64,000 nt of DNA from Chlorokybus atmophyticus (taxonomy: Eukaryota; Plantae; Mesostigma and Chlorokybus algae). Positions 16,267-30,031 of the stretch are shown here, in pieces. A model generated the notes under the pieces. It searched no databases and had not been told where the DNA came from. It saw only the letters and a program-made list of their open reading frames with translations. The position numbers and the translations under genes were made by a program. The DNA is taken from the NCBI GenBank assembly GCA_009103225.1, contig RHPI01001116.1, positions 182,777 to 246,776 of the forward strand. Reading direction: 5' to 3'. Numbering within the stretch: position 1 is the stretch's first letter; the number at the start of each line of letters is the position of its first letter.

Positions 16267-17625
16267 TGGCTGTTAGTACCTCTCATGCTCAGCCTCATGG
16301 CCTCCACATAAAGCCCGCCTGTGTAATGCAAACCAAGCTTGCGGATGCCTCCATTAGAGCTGTGTCTAGTGTTGTGTGTTTTGTAACTGAATAGCTGTCT
16401 ACCGGTTGTAGAGAAACGCACCCCCGTGTGTGGTGCGAAGAGGTTTTGTAAAGACTCTTCGGTCGGCTTAGCTTTAGTTTGTGCTCTACTGCCGGCGCTG
16501 TACATGCGCCTTAAAGTATGAGCCTTTGTCTTAATTGTGAGCGTCCCTTTTGCATTCAGCAATGTAAAACCACACACTTTTGCAACAATTTGCCACCACC
16601 AACGCTACGAACACGACCAGGACCAGAGTTGAGTTGCATGCCATGCGTATCCTACTGCTGTGTTATTGTTCTTGTGGTCGTTAGTCAGTGCCACCCTGCT
16701 GCCGCTGCTTGCATTCAGTTGCATTAGGCGTCTAGCCAGCCCTCTGATGTACAAAGTGATACATTATGTTCCCTGATGGCTTGGTTTTGGTGTGCAAACG
16801 CATCCGCATGATTGTGCATGTGTGGCACAGCTTGGATGTGTTCAATGGAAGTGTTGGTCTCGTGTGTGATGCTTGTGCAAATGACCCCGATTGCTATATC
16901 ATATGCTTATCAGATGAATGCACTCTACTCACCGCATTCACTTGCCACTATGATCCATTCGCCCATGGATCGGTTTCAACTTGTAAAGCTGCTGCTTGAT
17001 AGGCTATGCTACAGCTACTGTCGAACATCAAGTTCACACCATTGGACTCACTTAACTGCAGAGTGTGCAACTATGTCGGGTTGGGTTGTCACAGAATTCA
17101 CACATTGCTTGTACTGCCACATCTACAACAATCTGCCCCCCCCCCCNCCAGCCAATTGCAGCCTGCCTGCAGTGCAGCAGCCCAGCCGCCCCCACCGCCT
17201 CCTGCCCTCCCCCCCTTTCTGTTAATCATTATTCGCATAACAGACTACCACAGCATGATTCATCCTGCTAGCGATCTGCCTCTTGCATACGCGCACACTG
17301 TCGTTCAGACACACGTTGCATTTGTCATGTGTGTCTGAATGTCAAGAAAGTTTACAGCTTCTCATGCTTCGTATTTGTCGTTGCTGTTGCTTTGATAGCA
17401 TCTCAAAACAACGCATACCTCAGATCTGTTGTGCCACGCTTACAAACCGCACTGTGCAAAGCATGGCACGGTAAATACTAGTGAACATGCACGCGTGTGC
17501 CTTGCCGAGTGCGCTTGCAACCACCACTTCTCAAGTCCTTTATTGTGCCACGAATGCGCAGCTTCCAATGTATCAACACAGCACCATCTCTACCATTTCA
17601 CCCCTACCATTTGACCCGTCCAGCA

Positions 17626-19137
17626 TCACCACATGTCGAGGTCGGCAGCGCGGGCCTGCAGCAGTGGCACGGTGACGCTCACAGCGCCGTTGCTCGATGC
17701 AGCCTCCACCTCATCTTCAAAGCCTTTCGAGGAGAAACGGATGACCCTCTCAACGCCTTCTCCCGCCAACCCAACAGCGTACAACCGCTGCCCACGCCCA
17801 AAGTTACCCAACAGGTTGTATGACTCCTCGTCGCTGTTCATCGTGATGCATACGTCGTCCGTGCAAGCGGCATACTCCAGCTGCAGAAGCACGTAGTCAC
17901 ACATAAGTTAACCACGCCAATGTAAATACACACATGCACAACCACACACACGACTGGCATACGCATTGTGCGTGTCGGTGCAATCTTCCTATCCTCTCTA
18001 CACACGCGCGCACACGCGCGCTAGCGTGCGCGCTGAGTTGAGTCTTTGATTAGGTGTGCACAAGTACACACCTATTCAAAACCTCATGGGTTAAAAATCC
18101 TCCACTTGCCTGAGTGTTGTAAACAAACTGGAGCACTCCTTGCACGCCCTCAACAAACGGGTAAAGCGTGTGTTCGTCGTCGAGCCGCAGCCGCTGCAGC
18201 TTGCGCACGCCCTCGCCCAGCTCCAGCATCGCCCCGCGGTGGTTGTCCGCCGACAGATGATGCAGCCCCACAGCACACTACACGAGACCACCAATCATTG
18301 TGTGCATGTGTGTGTCTGTGTGCAGATTGTGCTTGTATGTGTGTACATGTGATGGAGACAGGTTGTAGTCCTTACCTGTAGGATTCCGTGCAGGATGTTG
18401 CGCTGCGGTTCTTGCGAGCGATGCCAAAGTTCTTCGAGCACGTCATGGCATCTGCAAAAATAGGGCGTTGGTTTGAGCTTGCATACAGCCCAGCTATGCA
18501 AGGAAAGGGGCATGACAGTAGATACAAAAACTCTGCAAGCTGAGATACATGACAACGGTGGCGAGTGAACATACTTGTAGTATTCGCCGGAGTTGAACAG
18601 CTCCACGCCATACTCAAACGTTACTGGCTCCTCATCCTCCTCTTTGCTGTCTGCAACTGTCAACTCCCTGCTTCAACATATCGGTCACGCAACTATGTGC
18701 TCGCACAGGCACAGGCACAGGCACAAGCATGCATGCAGCTGCTGCATGATCAGGTGCGTTTGACGACATGACGTTGCTGCTCATCAACGCACGCACACCA
18801 CGCAATAGATTGCTTCGGCCATGCACAAGGCATAAACCGTAAACTGGTTGTCTCCACAGAAACCACTCGACAAACCACGCATAAGCAAGACACAAAGCAG
18901 CATGCAAGAAGCACAAACTCACCTGTCGCCGTAATCCCTCCAGCTGGCGCGGCATGTGCGGTCAAACCTCAGGCGCTGCGGTCGAGCTCGCAACTCAGGC
19001 GAGCGGAATACGCCGCGCGGCGGAGCTGGACGCCGCAGCTGGCAAGAGAAGGAGGAAGAGGAGGAGGAGGAAGCAGAGGCAGCGGTGGAGGCGGCGGAAG
19101 CGGCGCTCCACGCAGCAAGCACACTGCAAGCAGCCAT
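17626..19137 (-). CDS. DUF309 domain protein with a predicted plastid transit peptide, multi-exon
   Basis: Ser/Ala-rich N-terminus MAACSVLAAWSAASAASTAASASSSS; FEYGVELFNSGEYYK|CHDVLEELWHRSQEPQRNILHGILQ|..GLHHLSADNHRGAMLELGEG (DUF309 signature); C-terminal exon LEYAACTDDVCITM...DLDMW*. Confidence 0.85.
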
Positions 19138-19631
19138 TCTTGCTGCCGTCTGCTCACACTCCAGCACTCAGTCTTAAGCTCTCCGTGCGCAGAAACCAGC
19201 TGCTGCTCAGAGTTATACTCAATTTACACCATCCGCCTCTTTTACATCTTTCCTGACAAGACTGACCCCACCACGGACGAGACCACGACGAACACCCTCT
19301 GCCACGGCGCCGCCAGCGCTGCTGCTGACGGCAGCAATACGACAATGGCAGTGTCTTCAGCGCAACGCATTGCAATGGCGACGCTTGTACGCCGCTGGCT
19401 ATATAAGCATGATTGTGTCTGTTTTGGCGCCAATTCTGCTGCGGTTTGTCCATTCAAAGCAGCGCAGGCGGCGGTGGCGCCAACGACAAGGAAGAGCAGC
19501 AGCAGGAGCAGGAGGAGGTGTTACTGGGTTAGCTCGGTGAATTTCCAGCCTTTCCCTCTCCAGCTGCTGCTTTTTGGTCTGCTTTGGTCTCCTGCCACAC
19601 GCACATCGTTGGGCACATCCACACGCACGCT

Positions 19632-21521
19632 ATGGCCAAGAAGAAGGCGGAGAAGAGGCAGAAGAAGGAGGAGCAGCGCAGGGTAGAAGAGGACGACGAC
19701 GGCGACGTAATGGAGGAGGAGGCCGCCGAGGAGGAGGCCGCCGCTCCGCAAGATGGGGCTGACCGGAGGAACCTCTACGAGGTGAGTGATAGCCTGGTGG
19801 TTAGTCAGTTGATGGGCGGCATTGAGCTTGGGGATAGTCCCACAGCTGCTTGCTTGCGCAACTGCAATTACACGAGCCTCTATTGTGTATGTTTGTAGGT
19901 TGAGTCAAGTGTATTTCGTGTGTCATCTGCCCTGACTTGACAGCTTTGTTTGCTTCTTTGCTTGCTTATCTAACGTGTGTACGAATGTGATGGTCGGCGA
20001 CCTGTTTGTGTATTGTCAAAACTAATGCTCTCTACTGTAACGCGTTGTTACGATGTGTTGTGGTGCTGCCCACCACATGCAGTCTCGCCAGACTGCTAGC
20101 CAACCTCAGCCACACGCTGGCAATGGTTGAGTTTGAGAGTAGCAGGCTTACATGCACGTCCTTCATGCACAAAAATGACCAGCGCAAGTGCAGGTGCTCG
20201 GTGTATCGCGCGAAGCTACTGCTGCCGAAATCAAGAAAGCGTACCACCGGCTCGCATTGCAGCTACATCCCGACAAAAACCCCAACGATGAGGTACAATA
20301 TTTTACCCAACCATACATCCACCTTGCACGAGTGGCGCCAAGATCAATGCACTGACACTGAATGCAACGTTTGCTGTGTGTAGTCTGCGCACAGCAAGTT
20401 TCAGACGCTGCAGCGAGTGTATGCGGTTTTGAGTGACGAGGAGAAGCGGAGAGTCTACAACGAGACGGGCAGTCTGGAGGACTCGGAGGAGCTATCCGGC
20501 GAGCAGTTTGACAGCTTGTACAACTTCTACAGGACGATGTACAGGAAGGTACACGTGGTGTTGCCGCTTGAGCGTGTGACCTGGTGGCTGAAACTGGTGA
20601 ATTGGATGGCAGGTTACAGAAGCTGACATCGAACGCTACGAGGTGAGCTGCAGCTATCTGCATGTATAACTGTGCATTCCTTACTCCACATACATTGTGC
20701 TTGCCTATGTATGTGTATACTACATCAGAAGACTAACATGAATATTGGCGTGTCGGTTCGTCGTCTGATTGAACCGAGACTGTAGACTGATTTTGACGTG
20801 CCATAGGACTCGTATCGCGGCAGTGCTGAGGAAACGCGCGATCTCACAGAGCTTTACCAGCGCTTCAAGGGCAACATGAAGCTGGTGTTTGCATGGCTGT
20901 GCTGCTCACGGGAAGATGACTCTCACCGCTTCATGCACGCGCTTGACACTGCCATTGCCGCAGGTAAGGATCCAAACATTACACCTTCATTGACACGTGT
21001 GCAAACAGCACTTGAGTGATGTTCTCAGGGGAGTTGAAGGCTTCAAAGGCGTACAAAGCATGGGCGAAGCAAGTGGCAGCGAAGCCTCCTCCAATGGCGG
21101 ATGTCACAGCGGTGCCCCCGCGGAAGAAAGGAAAGAGCAACAAGAAGCAAGCTTCAGATGAGAAGAGCCTCATTGCCAAAATACGCTCGAACCAGAACCA
21201 GCGCACCAACGACTTGGTGGCAGCATTAGAGGTAATGAACAATTGTGTGAGTGCGCGTGTGTGTGCGTGTGCATGTGCATGCCTGTGTGCCGTAAGCTTG
21301 AATGCACAGCATGTTGGTGTTCATGTTCACTGTATTATGTACAGGCCAAGTATGCGTCCAAGTCCAAAACAAAGGTGCTCGACCACAAGGGCGGCGGCGC
21401 TAAGCGCAAGTTGGGAGGACTCGACGATCCTGAGCCCACCGAAGAGGAGTTTCAGGCGGCTCGGGAGCGCATGGAGCAAAGAACCAAGTCCTCTGCCAAA
21501 CCAGCCAAGAGGAAGCGGTAG
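19632..21521 (+). CDS. DNAJC9: DnaJ/Hsp40 J-domain protein, DNAJC9/AtJ6-like, multi-exon
   Basis: NLYE|[33 protein letters not shown]|[29 protein letters not shown] (J-domain with HPD), then DIERYE|[24 protein letters not shown], and C-terminal [14 protein letters not shown]...KRKR*. Confidence 0.85.
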
Positions 21522-22460
21522 ATGTAAGAGTGGCATTGTTTCCGTGATGACGGCTGTATCAATGTCATGTTGTTAGATGATTGTCCTGCACGTGTGTTTT
21601 TTGGAGGTTGTATGCTGTTTGCTTCACAGGCGCTGCACTTTTTGTGATGCGAGGCAGTATGAGTAGGACTTGCATAATGATTGTGCACACAGGTCCACGT
21701 TGGCAAGTGGAAGTCACAGAAGCCACCTACAGTCTAGAAGCTTCTATACTACGTTCCTCAAAGGAACCCAGTTCTGTGTGCGTCTGCCACCAGCAACTGC
21801 ACGCCAGCATCATATTGCTGCACTCCACACAGTAATACCCGTAGCACACGTGTGCTACGGGTATGCCGGATGGTTGTTCCGACAAGCAGTTACACACAAC
21901 AAGTCGTATGGAATGGCTCAGCTGACAAACACAGCACCGCGCACATCCTGTACACCACTTTTTGGGTGGACACAAGTGGCAAGCTACTCAGGGAAGCCTG
22001 TTGTGCCCGATTCTTCACAATCAATGAACACTTAACCTAGCCAAGGACTCTTGGGCGTGTCTGCTGCGCCGTACAATGAAAACCTCAATGCTGTTCTATT
22101 CGCATGACCTCTCACCAGAACCTACAGAACCGCTGCCAGAACATCACAACGCCATAAAAGTTATGACCACAGCCAGCAGCAAGGCTGGCGCAATGATGCA
22201 ACCGCAGCTGATAGGCAAAGCTTGTAGTGCGGAGTTGTTGCTGGCCTCGCCATCGTTAACCGTGCTCGTATGTCTGCACTTGCGCAATGCCAAGTGGTAA
22301 GCCTCCTCTGTAGTTATCAACACATGCCCACAAAAGCTTCCCCTAGCTACACGCGTTGACTCGACCATTCACATTATTGGCTTCTCAAGCTCTGAGTCTC
22401 AACGCTATTACTAGTGTACCAAAACTTTCGTTCTACTCTCTACTTGAGTGTGTCACATAA

Positions 22461-24013
22461 TCAACAGCTTTTCGTGGCCGCGCACACCGGCACACACCTG
22501 AAGCCTTTGACATTCAGCACGTAGTTGATGCCCGCCAGCAGGTGTTGCCTGAAGTACACCTCGCTGTACGCCGTGGCGGCATGCCCCATTGCTGCAACAA
22601 CCAAAGGGTTGTCAGGTGATCAGTCAATAGAAGGAGGTTGGGTGTAAAAGTATCATTGTTTTACTCATGCTCTCACCTGTGTACCATGCGCGGCCTCCAT
22701 CAAAGTCATGGCACCAGATGATAGGGTGGTCCGCGCCCATGCTGCCACCAGAGTAAGTCCTTTCGTCCAATGTCGCCAACACTAACACCTAACATTGTTC
22801 GAGGTTGGTACTTTCTATTATGCTCATCACCGCGCATGCGCGTATGCACACTCATGCGCACGCGCATGCACGCGCACACACGCCGATACGGGTGTGTGCA
22901 GAGCACACTTGCACGTGTGCGCACACAGCGCAGGTGTGCAATGTGCTTGTCCCACAATGCAACATGCGAGAGGCTCGTTGTGTCCCAATAAACCCACCTT
23001 GCCCCTAGGGTTGGAGCGGAAGTTGTACCACTCATCGGTTCGGTTCCACACAGCGGGCAGGCGCGTGCCCACGAGCCTGCGGCCCCGCGACCACGGCGTC
23101 ACGCGCACCGACGCAGGGTACTCCCCCGGTACGTGGTAATCAAAGTACGCTCCAACCTAAAAGCCAACACGAAGAGGAAAGAGGGAACAACATCATAACA
23201 CAACCATCCTCGTAACATTTACCATCAAGCGGTATGCTTCTCTCTTCAAGTGTGTGAAGAACTCGTTTTCAATCAAGTTTGTACTCACCAGGCGCCCGTA
23301 CCAGGGCCAATCGTACTCGGTGTCCGAAGCAGAGTGGATGCCCATCCAGCCGCCGCCGTTCCTAATAAAGCGCTGCAGCACACAAGAGTTGCTTCTACTA
23401 CCAATCTCTCAATGCGTTCGTATACATGACCGGTGTGCGCGCGCGTGCATGTGTCAAACCAAGCGTCTCTCGTTGCATGTGAATGGCTTTGCCCCTGTGT
23501 GTGCGTATGCTTGCGCATACATGTCAGACCAGGCTCCCCAAACTGTTCTTACAGATGGCTTTGGTATGCGCATGTGCGTGTGTGCATGCGAGTATGTTGT
23601 GTCCAGTCCTCGAAGTTTTTATATACCTGCAGGGCGCCCTGCTGCGTCGTGTTCAGGACGTCCCCTGTGGTCATGCAAAACACCACCGCCTTGTACTTGG
23701 CCAGCGAGGCATCCGTAATGTAAGCATCCTGGTTGTCACTCGGAGCATCGACCTAATAGCAGAGTGTTAACTCCTGTATCTGTCAACATGTGTTCATGTC
23801 ATGTAGTTGTATGCTTGATACAGGTTGCAAGAAAACTCCCCTCACCAAGAAGCCATGTTCTTTTCCGAGTGCTACGAGTGCCGCGTGCGCTGCTGGGATG
23901 GACTTGTGCTGGTAGCCTGCGGTCTTTGAAAACACCAGGAGCCTGGGGCTGCATGCAGGGAGATCTAAAATGAAACAACAAACCACCACCAACAACAACA
24001 ACCTGCTCTGCAT
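22461..24013 (-). CDS. secreted ThuA-like (class I glutamine-amidotransferase-like fold) protein, multi-exon
   Basis: Signal-like [18 protein letters not shown]; [50 protein letters not shown]|[24 protein letters not shown]|[37 protein letters not shown]|AMGH, matching the bacterial ThuA-domain pattern. Confidence 0.88.
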
Positions 24014-25425
24014 GCATGACACTACTACTGCAACATGCACATCTCTTTCGTCATACGCACCTGGCAGCGTGGCTGAGGCCCGCAAGGCCGAGCAGCAGCA
24101 GCACTACCACCGCCGCCGCAGTGCGGAGGCTCATCCTGCTAGCTGTCTTTTACAAGAGGCTTTCACTACCTATACACTTCCCATTGGTATCAAATAAGCT
24201 AAGCTAAGACGACGAGCGAAGAAGATGAAGAAAACAAAGGCGACGTGCGCAAGGAGATGAATGAACACAAAAGGAGTTGTAAATCTATGACGATGACTTT
24301 GCACATCGTCTTAAGCAGCATGCATGCACAGGTTTTAGGTTACGCCATTGTGTGGCACACACACAAACTCGCCCCGTCTTTCCGCATTCCGACACAACAA
24401 CAGGGGGGACACGACCCCGGCTGCACCTACCTACCGCTCTCTGCCTCACCACGCACCTGTCCGCGTGTCCCCACACCGCCTCTGCCTCCGCCTCCGCCTC
24501 TGCCGTGAAGGAGGCGGAGGACAAGCTTGTTGACCACTGCGCCGAGCATAACCAACGTACCCGCCGGTGGTCACATTGCATGCTGACTTACTTGCACGGG
24601 GCAAGCGTGGGCTGGCGTGAACTTCTGAGTTATGATGACCGAGTGTTCGCCTGCCTCACGCACAGCCTCCCAATCAATATGAAGGAGTCCCATACCTGCC
24701 ATTCATGTTGCGTGATGATGTGCCGCGCAACTTAACCTTATCCGCAGGCATGCATTGAACGTTGCGAGCCCATTTTGTACATACTTGATATCGTGGACAC
24801 CTCATCAATTCTTCTATTTGCAGAGTACACGGTGCATCATGTTGCACAAAATGGCATCAACTGGTTGGGTAATATGAAAATGTACATTTATTCCATGATT
24901 GATGTAAACCAAGTATGCATGTGCATAAACACCCTTAGCAACCAATCGGTCCGGTTGAATGCGTCATTTTGCGGATTGTCATGTGCATAACTATTATGCA
25001 AGAGGTGCAGGCTGCTGTGTCAACCGCTGCGAGTCTTGCCACTGCTTGTCAGTATGAATCTTGCGCCTGCCCCAACTAGCACTTGGTTGCATAGACACCT
25101 AGTTTAGCCCTCGGATAGGTTGACATGGTTTGTGCTGATGCCTGGCTTGTGGCGTGCGAGTGTGAGCTGCCGTGTTGCACAACGTGGCTGGCATGTATGA
25201 CCATGTTATTGGGTATATGCACAGCATGCATTTGGCTAAAGCAACAGTAACGGACCACCGAACACCCGGTACTATTGCTTCAGAGTCATCTCCATTAAGC
25301 CACATCACATCCCCTTATATTTACATATTACCCTCTACGGTATATCTACCAGACGAATATATATCACCTGTTCTATGTGCCACATGTGCATATCTACCAT
25401 GGTTTGAAGCAAAAGGCTTGGGGTC

Positions 25426-26938
25426 CTACAACACCAAGCGCTCCAGAAGTGCGTGCCTAACGTCCTCCGCATGCACCAAGGTGCAGAGGAAGGGAATCAG
25501 CTCCAACAGCGCACGGTCGGACGAGTCATCATAGAAGGAACGAATGGGAATGGCGTTGGCCGGTTGCAGTGCGTAGGCGGTTGGTGAGTTGTCGATGATG
25601 ATGGTCTGAGGGGGCAGCAGAGTCAGTTGCAGACCACCTTCAGCGCTGGCAAAGCCAACAGATACAAGCCACTTGCTCATCAGCGATCGAGAAAGAATCA
25701 AGTTGCATGCTTGCGTATAGGTAAGTAACATTAACCACTGCCACTGCATTGTGTGACACGTTCACAATGAAATGCAGAAAGACCTAGTTGCTGCTGTAAC
25801 AGCAATTCAGCTGCAGTGGAAACTGACCTGGCTCAGATCTCTGCCCAGAGAGCTGAGATCTTTGTAGTACTTGCCATTGCGCAGCGTGCATGCCTCGCGA
25901 AACAAGCGCTGGCTGATGGCGTTGTGCTTGCTGTCCATCCAGTCCAGCAGCGGGTTGGCGTACTCGCTGAGAGATGCCGTGAACACCACAACTTCAAAGC
26001 AATCCGCAACAGCCTTCACGAACTCGTCCAGCCATGGCCGCTTGCGCACGTACCTGTCCAAGCAGGCACAATTCAGATGCCTTGTCACAATGACTTAGAT
26101 GACATTCAAGTAGATCTGAGCTGGAATGCACATGCAAGGTGATCACCACTGATGCTGGTTGCCGCTTTGCCTGGCTTACAGCTTCCTGTGGCGTTCAACA
26201 GTTGACACGATGAAGCAGTATGTAGCATGTGATGTGCACTTACACATCAAAGGTGCCGTGGCGGCTCTTGATGTTGCATGTGAAATCCGGATCCATCACC
26301 GGGTGAAAGAAAGAATGCACGAGGGTTTCGTCCAGGTCCAAGACAAGCGTCTTCTTGCCTCGATCACAGTCCCGTTGCTTGGCCAACCGAGGCGGCTTGT
26401 CTGCTGGTACTACCTGCTATTTGGCCAACAAGCGGTTGTTGAGCCCATACAATCCAGTCATATTGTGCTTAAGCAAAGGAGAAAGAAGAGATTATTGAAT
26501 CCTTACTGGCGAGAGCAGTGTGGCAGCGTTGCTGTAGCTGGGAGAGGCTTGATGAACCACCAGCTGTTGAGGAGAGAGCACACATTGCACTCTGACTGCG
26601 CAGCACGAGACACTAAGTCAATAAACATCCATTTTGCAATGACACCGCCAGGTCACAGTCAGCGATCAGTGTTGTCTACCGCATGGCATGCTTCTGTGAA
26701 GCATGCAACACAAAACTGCAACGCTGTGCTCTTGCGACATGGAAGACCGTTTCAACTGCTGCTGACTGCGACAGCGGGGGGAACCGTACGAAGTGAAGCG
26801 ACAGGCATGAGCCCTCGCCTTGTATGTTACATTTTTCCAAAGCTCCACCAAATACAACTTGCAAGCAAGCAACGCCTGGCTTGGCATTGCCAAAAGGGCA
26901 GCAGGAGCAAGGTACCTGAGCACCGTTGGCGACTCCAT
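25426..26938 (-). CDS. FCP/SCP-family (CTD small phosphatase-like, NIF domain) HAD phosphatase, multi-exon
   Basis: KKTLVLDLDETLVHS (DxDx(T/V) catalytic motif), YVRKRPWLDEFV..CFEVVVFTASLSEYANPLLD..RLFREAC..YYKDLSSLGRDLSQ|TIIIDNSPTAYALQPANAIPIRSFYDDSSDRALLELIPFL. The start codon is a guess. Confidence 0.9.
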
Positions 26939-28349
26939 GTTGGCGAGATCTTGGCCGAGCAAGCCCACGCCAAAGGAGCTCGCGACGAACAACTCACTCG
27001 CGCTGATCCGCAAGGCTTGCACGACGGCCACTCCAACGCCATCCCCGCGGCCGGGCGGACGGCCGCCGCCGCCGCCGCCATGGCACAACACTGCGACAAT
27101 GTGGCTGACGTCGGCAAAAAGGCCAAAAGTGTGTGTCAGGTTAGTGTTGGCTGGGTTATATGTGTAGACGGTAGGTTCAAAGCCGCGTCGGGAGTAACGA
27201 GTTGGGAGCTAACGATTCGTCAATGATGCATGTGTTGTTATTTACATACCCTTGGAAGGGTATCAACCAGCCATGCACGACAAGTTACCAGGTACGATGC
27301 AGTCTCCATCATGCAGCACTGATCGACGTGACGTTTGCGTTGTAACGTTGTAAGATTCTGCTCGTGAGATAACGTAACCTACGCAACGGTTTTTGGCTTC
27401 GCGCCAAGAGGTGTCGGTCAGCGGGGAAATCAACCATCGCGACAAACGATGATGCAGGCCCGTGCTGCATGGTCCTGCATTATTGGTGCATTGCATGCCA
27501 GCTGGGCGTCGCATGATGCAACTTGCATCATTCAACGCCAGGCATCATGGGTCATCCAATTTGCTTAGCATTGTGCTTGTTAAAAAGGTAGGCCACGTTG
27601 AGCAGTAGCTGTATGCTAGGTTAATCATTACGTTATGTGTGTCAAGCATACTTCAAGCTGTATGCTAGGTTGTATGATTATCAAAGTAAGGTAGAGTGCG
27701 TCGAGGTGGCGTGTTCCATTGTAACACATAGATGGCGAGGCTGCACAAATGTTCTTGAGCCTATAGGTTCAGAGTGCTATCCTACCATATTTACTCCATC
27801 GTAGCCCGCCCTCCCCCCCCCCCCCCCCCCCCNNNNNNNNNNNNNNNNNNNNNNNNNNNNNNNNNNNNNNNNNNNNNNNNNNNNNNNNNNNNNNNNNNNN
27901 NNNNNNNNNNNNNNNNNNNNNNNNNNNNNNNNNNNNNNNNNNNNNNNNNNNNNNNNNNNNNNNNNNNNNNNNNNNNNNNNNNNNNNNNNNNNNNNNNNNC
28001 TCCTATCAATTGAAGCAATGTTTTAAACTTATTTCCACTCAATATAAAAGGGGGGGGGGGGGGGCTGTGTACAAAGTGGGAGACTGTACCAGTGAATACG
28101 GTAGCGGTTAAGGCGCGAGTATTATATCCGTAATGACATTAACTATTTTGCATGTCAATCCTATGTATAACAGCAAATACACCTTGTTCGAATAATTGAT
28201 TTAACAAGTTGTATGCAATGTATCTGATATATTTCGCCTGCACAACTTGCAGATTCATTATGCAAATATCATTCATGCAAATCAATAAAAAGTGTGATAA
28301 TGTCAGCAAACGACAGCAAATGCAACTTGATGAATCAATCACATGGAAT

Positions 28350-28900
28350 ATTTTTGCGGACTAGCCCTAGTCCGCACATATGGACCATGGTCAAATTGCC
28401 CGGGCGGCCTGGGTCCGGATCAGGGTTGCCCGTCTTGGGGTGCGCGCGGGGACTAGGGCTGGTCCAAACAATACCCAATCGTCCTACGGTCCCCCGAAAA
28501 CCAGGCCAGCTCTGGTTGCTTCTATCATGGCGAGCGGAATGGGACCAATGCTGGTCTGCCATGCGTGTTGCTGCATGGATCAAGGATGAGATGTCCGCTT
28601 TTGGCACAACTTTACTGAGAAGAAGATTATCAATATTGATCCCGAGAAGCACAACCATCCCTGGATTGCACCGTAGGACCATGCATGGTCCGTTTTTGAT
28701 GTGAACGTCAGCCCAAACATTCTGCACAAATGATCCCAACCAGTGGGACCAACCATAGCTTTGCCGCTGGGACCATGCCTGGTCCACACCCAGCAATTGT
28801 TGCATACCAGCCAAAACTCATTGTATTGGTCCACGCTTGCACCCAGAGACCAGCAATGGTGCACGACACCCATTGGCATCCTGCATCAATGCTAGTCTGC
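28350..28900. repeat. GGACCA/TGGTCC-rich array resembling CACTA subterminal repeats
   Basis: Multiple GGACCA/TGGTCC motifs in both orientations, including the 16-bp palindrome GGACCATGCATGGTCC at 28676-28691, which recurs at 49715-49730. Confidence 0.55.
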
Positions 28901-30031
28901 GACCCATGCACCAGCTATTCACAAAAACAAGTTATATTGTATGGTGCGTGTCTAGCAATCAGCGCGACCAGCAAAATGTTAAGTAGCTATGTTAACTACA
29001 GCAGCGTTTTCGTAACTACTACTCTCCCGCGCTCATGGATCGTCTATAATGAGATTGAGACGCACGCTGATCACACCACGTGGTATAGGTAGGCACACCT
29101 TCCTTCTGTTTGCACAGTTGCAGTTGTAGAGGGCCTATGAGATGAACAAGTGTGCACGCCACGTGCGCCGACATCTATTGTTGTCGTATACACTGCGCGT
29201 ACTCTTTATATGAGCCATACAGGAAATTGTAGACACATCGTACATTCCTTAACGGTAGCAACTTTGCACAAATCTTTGATACTCCATTTACATAAGCGCC
29301 TATTTTCAGAACCAGCAGTTTGGTTTAGTAAATGGCGCGCGGTAAAGTAAACTCCATTTTTATAGTAACAATAATGTAAAGTACCTCGCGTTTTAGAAGT
29401 AGAGTGCACTAATGTTAAGTTTAGAATATTCTTACAGCGGTCGCTGCAGAATAATTTAAAAAGAGTAAGCTGTAGTAAAAGCATTGGCTAGATGCGCATT
29501 AGTAAGTGGGCGGCTGAAATACCTATCGGTTTTGCAATGATGTCTTGCTTTGCTCCCATCGCCCCATGATGCGGACCTCTTGGTCATAGGCGTTTCACAT
29601 TCATCCGGCATGCCTGCATTTATATGAGGTAGTAAGTGCATACAATTACATATACAGAGCAACTGCTCATACTTGGCACTGCTAGCTTACAGCTTACTAG
29701 CCTACGAGCATACCTTCTATAGTCTACAATGTGACACTGTGCATTGGTAACAGATATCATGCCTACGGGCGCTCTTTTTCGTAGTCTATAAGCTCAAAAC
29801 ATACATGGCCGTTTCCTCGTGTTCATCCAGCTCAGCTGACCACCCTGCGTTGGGTCTTCGCCCAGCCACTTTTTCTTGATTGTAAATTGCACAACTGCTT
29901 GCATAATACGCTTTATTGGAATGCTGTCCATTTGGGCCTAGTCGCGGAAGGGAAGAGGTGCCACGCTCTCCATTAGCGCCACCTTCCTCTTCCGCCGAAC
30001 TTCCCATTGCCGGCCAACCTGCGCCCTAGTA

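Noticed and set aside
26159-27226. 355-aa + strand ORF
   Set aside because: It is antisense to the phosphatase exons and has no domain signal; treated as a shadow ORF.
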